From Candidatus Peribacter riflensis (GTDB lineage Bacteria; Patescibacteriota; Gracilibacteria; Peribacterales; Peribacteraceae): 32,000 bases of DNA. Shown piece by piece: positions 15,244 through 22,689 of the stretch. The stretch lies in contig CP013062.1 in NCBI GenBank assembly GCA_001430755.1, forward strand, positions 450,001 through 482,000, read 5' to 3'. Below the pieces are notes generated by a model. That model was not told where the DNA came from and searched no databases. It saw only the letters and a program-made list of their open reading frames with translations. Numbering within the stretch: position 1 is the first letter of the stretch; each line of letters starts with the position of its first letter. The position numbers were made by a program, and so were the translations under genes.

Positions 15244-16362
15244 ATGGCTGCCAATCAGTGGGAACAGATGGACGGCAAGACTCTGTTGGACACCCTGGAG
15301 CAGCAGTGCGTTGCGCAGGGGATTTCAGATCTGCACTGTTCGCCCGAGAAAACGTACGTACGCTTCGAGGTGCGTCTGCACGGCGTGCTGGAACTTCTGG
15401 CACACATCCCGCACCCGGTCTACGTGGATTTTCTGCGGCATGTGAAATTCGCGGCGCGGCTGAAGATGAATATCACGAATATTCCGCAGGATGGTCAGCT
15501 CGTGTTCGCCGTGGCCGAGAGCGGCGGGGGCAGCCGCACGGTGAATATCCGTGTTGCCACGATTCCGTCACGTTTCGGCGAGGCCATCACCCTGCGCTTT
15601 CTCGATCCCAAGCGCGGCATCGTGGAGCTGAAGGAACTCGGGTTCCCCGATGACATGTCTCAGAGCCTTTCGGAAATGATGAAGGTCGCCAACGGGCTCT
15701 TTCTCATCACCGGTCCGACAGGGTCGGGAAAAACCACGACGCTCTACGCGCTCTTAAAGACACTCATCGGCACGCACCGCCACATCATCACCCTCGAAGA
15801 TCCGGTGGAGTACGAGATCAGCGGGCTTGTGCAGAGTCAGGTGGATCCCTCGCACGACTACACCTTTGCCACGGGGCTCCGCTCCATTCTGCGCCACGAT
15901 CCGAACGTCATTCTCGTCGGAGAAATCCGCGATCTGGAGACGGCGCAGACGGCCATCGATGCCTCGCTCACGGGCCACCTGGTGCTCTCGACTCTCCATA
16001 CGAATTCGGCGATCGAGGCGATTCCGCGCCTGCTCTCGATGGGTGTCAGCCCCTACACCTTCGCGCCGGCGTTGCGCGGCGTGATGGCGCAGCGGTTGGT
16101 GCGTACGGTCAAAAAGGAATTGCAGCAGGAGGGGGCAAAGGTGGATCCTGCGAACAGCGCCTCGTACGGCGGCCGCACGGTCATCGCGGAACTCCTGCAG
16201 GCCACGTCTGAAATTCAGAATCTCATCCTCAGCAATGAATCGGCGACGGTCATTGAGCAGCAGGCCCGCAAGCAGGGGTACACCGGCATGCGCGATATGG
16301 GCAATGCGCTGGTGAAGCAACGGATCACCACGCAGTCCGAAGTGGATCGGGTGACACGGTGA
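15244..16362 (+). CDS. GspE/PilB-family type II/IV secretion (type IV pilus assembly) ATPase, short form
   Basis: Walker A GPTGSGKTTTLYA, Asp box, Walker B ILVGEIRD and His box TGHLVLSTLHTN. At 372 aa it lacks the long N-terminal domain. Confidence 0.9.
   Translation: MAANQWEQMDGKTLLDTLEQQCVAQGISDLHCSPEKTYVRFEVRLHGVLELLAHIPHPVYVDFLRHVKFAARLKMNITNIPQDGQLVFAVAESGGGSRTVNIRVATIPSRFGEAITLRFLDPKRGIVELKELGFPDDMSQSLSEMMKVANGLFLITGPTGSGKTTTLYALLKTLIGTHRHIITLEDPVEYEISGLVQSQVDPSHDYTFATGLRSILRHDPNVILVGEIRDLETAQTAIDASLTGHLVLSTLHTNSAIEAIPRLLSMGVSPYTFAPALRGVMAQRLVRTVKKELQQEGAKVDPANSASYGGRTVIAELLQATSEIQNLILSNESATVIEQQARKQGYTGMRDMGNALVKQRITTQSEVDRVTR
16343..16362 (+). repeat. direct repeat copy 1 (last 20 nt of the ATPase gene)
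   Basis: tggatcgggtgacacggtga is identical to 16420-16439. Confidence 0.9.
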
Positions 16363-16419
16363 GGTTCTTGATGTCAGATACATGTGAGAGAAATCTCGGC
16401 GAAGCAGAGCGAAGCCGGA

Positions 16420-16439
16420 TGGATCGGGTGACACGGTGA
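16420..16439 (+). repeat. direct repeat copy 2
   Basis: tggatcgggtgacacggtga lies 57 nt downstream of copy 1. Confidence 0.9.
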
Positions 16440-16443
16440 ACAT

Positions 16444-18282
16444 TTGCGATTGGGGATACGTTCGGGCCTTCAATCGCAAATCGTCATTCGACGAATCGTA
16501 AATCCTCTGGACTTCCTGCACTTGCTTTCCTCATGCATTCACGCATACCATAACAGGCCAATCACGACTCCCTCCGTGCTCTACTACCGCCATCGTCGCA
16601 GCCACTTCGCCGTTGCAGAGACCTCGTCTCTGCGCCGGTTCCTGCGGCCGGCCATCGGAGCGATTCTGGCACTCGTGATTCTGTATTTCGCGGGTTCCTG
16701 GCTGCTCGAGAGAATCGGCATCGGGAACAACGCCCGCCAGACCGCCGTGCTGCTCTCGGTAGAGCGCGCGGGATCGGTACAGGTCTCTCTCGACGGCAAG
16801 GAATTTGCCAATGCGCAGGATGACATGAAGCTCTACGCGGCGGACCGTGTGCGCACGACCAACAGCCGTGCCGCACTTACGTTCTTCGACGGATCGGTGC
16901 TGCGCCTGAAGGAACAGACGGACATCACGATCGTGCAGAGCGACCTGAAGACGGAAGATTCCCTTCTCACGGTTCAGCTCGGTGCGGGCGAACTCTGGGT
17001 CTCGACGCTGGAGCTGCCTGTACACACCGGTTCCATCCTGCGCACGATTCAGGCGGGCGACTTCACCTACGAGATTCCGCGGGCCACGGATGCTGTCATC
17101 GGCCCGCGTTCCGCCACGGTCTACTCTGCGGCCGGACTGGGGATCAAGATTCAGATTCCGAAAGCGGTGATCCCGGTCATTGTCGGCGAGGGCCAGCAAT
17201 TCGCCCTGCCCGAAAATTTCGACCCGAAGGGCGATCTGTACCAGTACCGCTCGCCTATCGTATCTCTCACGTCCGTGCCTGCATTCGTCGAAGAGAGCCG
17301 TTCGCTCTACCTCTCCCGCCGTCCTTCGCAGCCTGTCACCACGGCTTCCGGTGCGTTGGTGGAGGGCGGAACGGTGCTCTCTGTCACCAGCCCGGCGAAG
17401 AACGCTACCGTCCGGTCCGCGACGGTCGAAGTCAAAGGTTTGGTGGGGGACAAAGTGGCCGCTGTGCGCGTGAATGGCTATCAGGCTCTGCTCGCCGCGG
17501 ATCACACATTCTCTCTGGAGCTGTCGCTGCCCGATCAAGACCGGGTGACCGTCACCGTCGAGGCGCTCGATCCGCAGGGAGTGGTGCTCGAAACGGCCGT
17601 GCGCGAACTCACGCGCGACCTCAAACCTCCGTCTCCTCCGCTCGTCTCGAGTCCGGCAGGAGGCGGCCAGACGTACCGCACGCAGCGCTCTGAGCTCGAG
17701 ATTCGCGGGTCGGCTCCCGCAGGAACGTTCGGCATCATCGTGAACGACTACCGTCTGCAGCTCTTCAAGCCGGGTGATACGACCTGGACGTACCTGGCGA
17801 GCACGCAGCTCAGTAATTTCAAGGAAGGGGAGAACATCTTCACGGTGATGTCTATCAATGAAGCCGGCATCAAAAGCGAGCCCGTGCTCCTCACCATCGT
17901 GCTCGGGGGCGAGGGAGAAGGGGTGATCAATGCGGGCAGTGCATCCAGCGGCGCCTCCGCCGAAGTGACATCAGAGGAAGACCTGCCGAAGAATGCTCCG
18001 CTCAACCCCGGATCATTGAACGTCACCGGGCCTCAGCCCGGAACGCAGTTCACCTCGACGGGCAGCGCCTTCCTTCTGGAGGGAACCGTATCCACCGATG
18101 CGACGAGTGTGTGGGTGAACGGGTACAAGCTCCGGCTCTTCACTCCCGGCAAGACCTTCTGGAACTACATTGCCGATCCTGCGCTCGGCACGCTCAAGAG
18201 AGGCGTGAATACCTACCGCATCACCTCGCGCAATGAGAAAGGCGAGATCATCGATACGACCACGTACACGGTGACGTACTGA
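16444..18282 (+). CDS. membrane-anchored protein with a FecR-like domain and three Ig-like repeats
   Basis: One TM helix (AIGAILALVILYFAGSWLL). There is a FecR-like stretch (RAALTFFDGSVLRLKEQTDITI). Three roughly 90-aa repeats each contain V.VNGY.L... . No in-frame ATG precedes the TM helix. Start candidates are TTG 16444 or GTG 16576. Confidence 0.75.
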   Translation: MRLGIRSGLQSQIVIRRIVNPLDFLHLLSSCIHAYHNRPITTPSVLYYRHRRSHFAVAETSSLRRFLRPAIGAILALVILYFAGSWLLERIGIGNNARQTAVLLSVERAGSVQVSLDGKEFANAQDDMKLYAADRVRTTNSRAALTFFDGSVLRLKEQTDITIVQSDLKTEDSLLTVQLGAGELWVSTLELPVHTGSILRTIQAGDFTYEIPRATDAVIGPRSATVYSAAGLGIKIQIPKAVIPVIVGEGQQFALPENFDPKGDLYQYRSPIVSLTSVPAFVEESRSLYLSRRPSQPVTTASGALVEGGTVLSVTSPAKNATVRSATVEVKGLVGDKVAAVRVNGYQALLAADHTFSLELSLPDQDRVTVTVEALDPQGVVLETAVRELTRDLKPPSPPLVSSPAGGGQTYRTQRSELEIRGSAPAGTFGIIVNDYRLQLFKPGDTTWTYLASTQLSNFKEGENIFTVMSINEAGIKSEPVLLTIVLGGEGEGVINAGSASSGASAEVTSEEDLPKNAPLNPGSLNVTGPQPGTQFTSTGSAFLLEGTVSTDATSVWVNGYKLRLFTPGKTFWNYIADPALGTLKRGVNTYRITSRNEKGEIIDTTTYTVTY

Positions 18283-18285
18283 CAT

Positions 18286-18362
18286 TCATGAGAGACAAAC
18301 CTTCAGCCTTCGCCAAGGCTACGGCCGACAAGCCGGTTTTTCTCTCATGAGCTCTCTTTTCC
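18286..18362. repeat. palindromic repeat element, copy A (with a 33-nt nested insertion)
   Basis: Arms tcatgagagacaaacc (18286-18301) and ggtttttctctcatga (18335-18350). Positions 18335-18362 are the exact reverse complement of 25818-25845. Confidence 0.85.
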
Positions 18363-18565
18363 AGCCTTCGCGCAGCGGAGGCTGCCCACCGTAGCCTTGG
18401 CGGAGGTGGGCCTCTCAACACTAGTATTGGCTGCGCTACGGCCGGCAAGCCCTTCAGCCGTGGGCCCCGGCGAAGCCACCCACGGCTTCGCGACAGATTA
18501 TTTATGACTCATGAAGTAGGATCCTCCCAAGCATATGTTCTGATTTTAATCCAAATGCACGGCCC

Positions 18566-19153
18566 TTACTGCATCTTTCCCCGGAAGGCGAACTCCTTCT
18601 GCGGTTTTCTTTCGCGCGGGGCATGTTCGCGTTCCAGCAGTTTCGGGTCGAGCTCTTTCGGATCTCCCGGGTAGCCGATGGCGATCATGGAACCCGGAAT
18701 GAACTCTGCGGAAAGCCCAAGGAGCGCATTGGCTTCGTCCACCTTGAAGCCGGCCATCTGGTGCGCGATGAGGCCCAGGGAAGGACACTGCGCCGCCAGA
18801 TACGCCGAAGCGGCACCCGTGTCGTGCAGGGCATGGTGGTTCTCTTTGCCGTTGTGGGTGAAGGTCTTTCTGGCAAAGCTTACGGCGAGGAAGAAGGCAT
18901 TCCTGGCCCATGCATTCCCCGGCAGGAGGAGGGATTCTAAGCGCTCGCGGGCAGGGCCGTCCTCTTTTGTGGCGTAGACGTAGCGCCACGGCTGCTCGTT
19001 GTAACTACTCGGCGCCCAACGGGCGGCCTCGAAGAGGGTCACAATTTTCTCTTCCTCAACAGGCTCTGCAGAGAAGGCGAGCGGGCTCCAGCGTTCCCGA
19101 AAGGCATCGAGAATAGGCGCGTCCGCCGGGGCAAGTTTATGAGGGTAATCCAT
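18566..19153 (-). CDS. nitroreductase family protein
   Basis: 195 aa with RWSPLAFS, APSSYNEQPW and typical family length and organisation. The call is from memory of the family. Confidence 0.85.
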   Translation of the reverse strand: MDYPHKLAPADAPILDAFRERWSPLAFSAEPVEEEKIVTLFEAARWAPSSYNEQPWRYVYATKEDGPARERLESLLLPGNAWARNAFFLAVSFARKTFTHNGKENHHALHDTGAASAYLAAQCPSLGLIAHQMAGFKVDEANALLGLSAEFIPGSMIAIGYPGDPKELDPKLLEREHAPRERKPQKEFAFRGKMQ

Positions 19154-19180
19154 ACGGCAAGGGAGGAGTGCTGAATCGTA

Positions 19181-20122
19181 TCACGCATCCCGCGGCAGAC
19201 GAAGGGAGAGCGTGCGCAGCACCGCGCGGAAGGGGGGCGGCACCGGGGCCGTGATGCTCTTCTTCGCTTTCGCGGCAGGGGAGCGGAAGCAGAGCTTCCA
19301 CGCGTGCAGGCAGAGGATGCCGACCTCCTGTGTCTCCGCCAGGCGCATGCTCGCGGAGGAGGCGTAGGTCCTATCCCCCAGAATGGGGTGGCCAATGGCG
19401 CTCAAGTGCACCCTGATCTGGTGGGTGCGTCCCGTGTGCAGGTCGCAGGCGAGCAGGGCGGCCTCCCGGCTCGCAGAGAGCAGCTGGTAGCCGGTCTGGG
19501 CGCTGCGCGTCTGGGTGGCGCCGATGACGGACATCTTCGTCCGGTTACTCATGCTCCGGCCGATGGGGGCATCGATGAGTGCCTCGTGCGATGTCGGCAC
19601 GCCGGCCACAATGGCCAGATAGGTCTTTTGAATCGTCCGGTCTTTGAATTGCTTTTGCAGTGCTGTGTGCGCTTGCGGGGATTTGGCGATCAGCAGGCAG
19701 CCGGTGGTCTCGCGGTCGAGGCGGTGCACCAGCACGGAGGAGGCGGAGAAGGGAAGTTTCTTTTTCAGAAAGAGGTGCGCGATGCCGTGCAGGATCGTCG
19801 GTTCGTCTTTCTTGATGCCCAGTGCGGGGTGCACGGCGATGCCGGCGGGCTTCGCGATCACGAGGCACGCTCTGTCCTCATAGAGAATCGGGAGCTGCAG
19901 ATCCACGGGAGTGACATGGCTCTCGGAGGCGGGTTCGCCTGCATCCGTCGTCTCTACCGTGTCGCCGGGATGCACGAGGTGCGCGGGTTTGCGGACGATG
20001 CGGCCGTTCAAGAGCACGCTGCCGGCGCGCACGAGCGCCCCTGCCTTCACACGGCTCAAGCCCTCCTCCGCTTTTGTGAGGAAAACATCCAGTCGTGTAC
20101 GATCGGAAACAACGAAATTCAT
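19181..20122 (-). CDS. rluD: RluA-family 23S rRNA pseudouridine synthase (RluD-like) with an S4 domain
   Basis: N-terminal S4 domain (RLDVFL...), catalytic HRLDRETTGCLLIAK motif, and the C-terminal GRTHQIRVH motif. Confidence 0.9.
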   Translation of the reverse strand: MNFVVSDRTRLDVFLTKAEEGLSRVKAGALVRAGSVLLNGRIVRKPAHLVHPGDTVETTDAGEPASESHVTPVDLQLPILYEDRACLVIAKPAGIAVHPALGIKKDEPTILHGIAHLFLKKKLPFSASSVLVHRLDRETTGCLLIAKSPQAHTALQKQFKDRTIQKTYLAIVAGVPTSHEALIDAPIGRSMSNRTKMSVIGATQTRSAQTGYQLLSASREAALLACDLHTGRTHQIRVHLSAIGHPILGDRTYASSASMRLAETQEVGILCLHAWKLCFRSPAAKAKKSITAPVPPPFRAVLRTLSLRLPRDA

Positions 20123-20182
20123 GCGCTCAGTGTAGCGTAAACAGCCTATTCGCGATGGAATAGTGCTGGTATCCTGCAGAGC

Positions 20183-21337
20183 ATGGCAGCATCTTCAGAC
20201 CTCCTCACTCGTGCCGTTGAGACAGTGGTTCCCCGGGACCTTGCCGAAAAGAAACTGAAATCAGGCAAACCGATCCGCATCTACCTCGGCATTGACCCGA
20301 CGGGTGCCAAGCTCCACATCGGGCACTCGGTGCCGCTCCGTAAGCTCAAGGCGTTTCAGGAGGCCGGACATGAGGTGATTTTCCTCATCGGGAGTTTTAC
20401 GGCGACCATCGGTGATCCTTCGGGCCGCGATCAGCTCCGCGAACCTCTGACGCTCGCGCAGGTGGAGGAGAACTTCCAGACCTACAAGAAGCAGGCGGCG
20501 AAGATTCTCGATTTCTCCAAAGTGAAGATCGTCTACAACCACGAGTGGTTGGGAAAATTGAAGTTTGATGAGATCGTTGCGCTCGCGAGTCATGTGACTG
20601 TGCAGCAGATGCTGGATCGCGAGATGTTTGCCCGCCGCATCGCTGAGGGTAAACCCATCGGCGTGCACGAGTTCCTCTACCCGCTCATGCAGGGGTATGA
20701 CTCCGTCATGCTGGACGTTGATTGTGAACTTGGCGGCAATGACCAGCTCTTCAACATGCTCTGCGGTCGCACACTGCAGGCGGCCTACGGTAAGCGCGAG
20801 AAGTTCGTGCTCACGACCAGGCTCATCGAGGGCACGGACGGACGCAAGATGAGCAAGACGTACAATAACTGCGTCTATCTGGAGGATGAACCGGCAGACA
20901 TGTTCGGCAAGATCATGAGTGTCAAAGATGCTCTGATGGAGACCTACTTCGAATGTTGTACCGGTGTTCCCATGGAAGAGGTGCAGAAGATTCTCAAAGG
21001 CAGTCCTCGCGACGCCAAGGCCCGCCTTGCCCGCGAGATCGTTGCGCTCTACCACGGAACAGATGCCGCTTTGAAGGCCGAAGCGGAGTTCGATCATGTC
21101 TTCAGAGAGAAGGGATTGCCCGAAGACATGCTCGAGGTGAAGGCGAAGAAGGGCACGTCGCTCATCGATGTTCTGATGTCATCCAAGCTTGTTGCCAGCA
21201 AGTCCGAAGCTCGTCGGGTCGTTGAGCAGGGAGGCGTAAAGATGAACAATAAAGTTGTTCAATCTATTGAGCAGGGGATTGAGGAGGGCACCGTACAGGT
21301 GGGGAAGAGGAAGTTTGCCCGCATTGTCTTGTCCTGA
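20183..21337 (+). CDS. tyrS: tyrosine--tRNA ligase
   Basis: HIGH motif (KLHIGHSV), KMSKT motif, and a C-terminal S4-like domain (SKSEARRVVEQGGVKMN). Confidence 0.96.
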   Translation: MAASSDLLTRAVETVVPRDLAEKKLKSGKPIRIYLGIDPTGAKLHIGHSVPLRKLKAFQEAGHEVIFLIGSFTATIGDPSGRDQLREPLTLAQVEENFQTYKKQAAKILDFSKVKIVYNHEWLGKLKFDEIVALASHVTVQQMLDREMFARRIAEGKPIGVHEFLYPLMQGYDSVMLDVDCELGGNDQLFNMLCGRTLQAAYGKREKFVLTTRLIEGTDGRKMSKTYNNCVYLEDEPADMFGKIMSVKDALMETYFECCTGVPMEEVQKILKGSPRDAKARLAREIVALYHGTDAALKAEAEFDHVFREKGLPEDMLEVKAKKGTSLIDVLMSSKLVASKSEARRVVEQGGVKMNNKVVQSIEQGIEEGTVQVGKRKFARIVLS

Positions 21338-21357
21338 TACGTACAGCAAACTAGACT
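21329..21357 (+). promoter_or_regulatory. putative promoter: TTGTCC-17-TAGACT, 7 nt from the ATG at 21365
   Basis: TTGTCCtgatacgtacagcaaacTAGACTcctctccATG. The -35 overlaps the tyrS stop. Confidence 0.4.
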
Positions 21358-21364
21358 CCTCTCC

Positions 21365-21676
21365 ATGTCTCCGAAGACCGTTGACGCATCAGCCGTGCAC
21401 GAGACCCCAAAGGCCATGGGTGACGATACTGCCACCCGCGAAAGGAGCGGGGCAGTGATGCCGGAGGCCGGTGAAGACAACGGCATCTGTGCGGTCACGC
21501 TGCGCATGTGGATTGCGAAGGCCCTGCAGAAGAAGCAAATCAGCCTGCCGTACGCAGTGCAACTGATGCGCTTCGTCGATACGGCAGAGCAGCGCGAAAT
21601 CGAGACTGCGCAGCGCGTGCAGAGCTGGCGCCTGCGGTGCAAAGAAGCCGTCATGCATCTCTTCGGCCGAAGGTGA
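21365..21676 (+). CDS. hypothetical protein (103 aa)
   Basis: ATG ORF with host-like codon usage and a leaderless-type promoter directly upstream. I recognise no motif. Confidence 0.5.
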   Translation: MSPKTVDASAVHETPKAMGDDTATRERSGAVMPEAGEDNGICAVTLRMWIAKALQKKQISLPYAVQLMRFVDTAEQREIETAQRVQSWRLRCKEAVMHLFGRR

Positions 21677-21700
21677 GGGAAAACCCCTTCCTCTAAAATT

Positions 21701-21732
21701 GCTGGGTGGTCTCGTGAAGAGAATCACCCAGC
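21701..21732 (-). terminator. stem-loop, probable minus-strand terminator for the small-peptide unit
   Basis: gctgggtg/cacccagc 8-bp stem with an inner tctc/gaga helix. The minus-strand RNA continues AAUUUUAG. Confidence 0.4.
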
Positions 21733-21838
21733 GTCCTCCAACCCCCGTCAGGATATAAATGTGACGATGAAGGGGATTGAGAGTGGAGATACCGTATTCC
21801 CGCCCTGAAAGTGGATCAAGAGTGGAAGGGCTGTTTGT

Positions 21839-21988
21839 TCAGAACGCGCACGCCAGACTGTAGGTCTGGGTGCAGGCGGTTTGGGAGACAGAGGATGCGA
21901 AGAACAAGTTCGCGGCGACCGCCACGCTCGTGACCAGGAGGAGCGAGAGGAGGAGGGCGAGGCCGACGGAGCGGGTGTCGTGAGACAT
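21839..21988 (-). CDS. small signal-peptide-bearing peptide (49 aa), below the ORF-track cutoff
   Basis: My own translation gives MSHDTRSVGLALLLSLLLVTSVAVAANLFFASSVSQTACTQTYSLACAF. It has a basic n-region, a hydrophobic core, an AVA-A cleavage-like site and two Cys in the tail. A minus-strand stem-loop begins about 105 nt downstream of its stop. Confidence 0.35.
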   Translation of the reverse strand: MSHDTRSVGLALLLSLLLVTSVAVAANLFFASSVSQTACTQTYSLACAF

Positions 21989-22054
21989 AGGCAGATGTTT
22001 ACACTGATAGGAACGGATGAGAGAGGGCTTCTGTTACAGTAAAAGAACACATAA

Positions 22055-22285
22055 TTAGATCTTGCAGGTAACGCGGCACCCCAGACGCTGCAAGCCCGAC
22101 AGGGCTTGCCGGTGCGCCGCCTGGCCCCGCAGGGAGGGGAGAATGACGTGCATCTGGGCCCGGTCAGGACAGGTGCTGATCCAGTCCAAAACCGCTGTCA
22201 GAGCCGTTTCTGGCGACTTGGAACAATCAATCCGTACGGCGGAAAGGGCAGAGATTGGCCTGTCGGTGAGCACCTCAGGATGCAT
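22055..22285 (-). CDS. hypothetical protein (76 aa from the internal ATG)
   Basis: MHPEVLTDRPISALSAVRIDCSK... The palindrome AGTGTA-N6-TACACC, which also supplies a TACACT -10, ends 6 nt upstream of this ATG. The ORF-track start at 22393 is also possible. Confidence 0.35.
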   Translation of the reverse strand: MHPEVLTDRPISALSAVRIDCSKSPETALTAVLDWISTCPDRAQMHVILPSLRGQAAHRQALSGLQRLGCRVTCKI

Positions 22286-22291
22286 GGTCAA

Positions 22292-22309
22292 AGTGTACAC
22301 TCGTACACC
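22292..22309. promoter_or_regulatory. third copy (one mismatch) of the recA-type palindrome
   Basis: agtgtacactcgtacacc, compared with GGTGTA-N6-TACACC at 7296 and 7377. Confidence 0.35.
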
Positions 22310-22458
22310 ACTTGGATGCAAGTGTTTTGATCCCAAACAGTGTTCGATCGGGTGATTTTCTTTTGGGGAACAGAAAAATTTCAGTGGGACCACAGATGCT
22401 CCAAGCGAAAAAATCGCAATGTTGTTGTGGAGTAGTATGAATATGAAATCATGCAGTC

Positions 22459-22689
22459 ATGATGAAACTGTGCAGGTCACTTCCGGATGTGTGCGATGAA
22501 TGGAATAAAACGGGAAGCGCGAGAGTGGGCATCAACAGGGTTCAAGATGTGGAGGAGAGGATCAACGCTCTGACCCATGTCGCGCATGACGATTTCGCCC
22601 GCCATGTCACCATCGAACGCGAAGACCGGCCGGAAGGATTTCGCCCGCCGGTGATTCTTAAAACACAGCTGGGCGAAGCAATTTCTTAA
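22459..22689 (+). CDS. hypothetical protein (76 aa)
   Basis: ATG ORF transcribed divergently from 22285/22393. It overlaps the convergent malic enzyme stop by 4 nt. I recognise no motif. Confidence 0.35.
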   Translation: MMKLCRSLPDVCDEWNKTGSARVGINRVQDVEERINALTHVAHDDFARHVTIEREDRPEGFRPPVILKTQLGEAIS

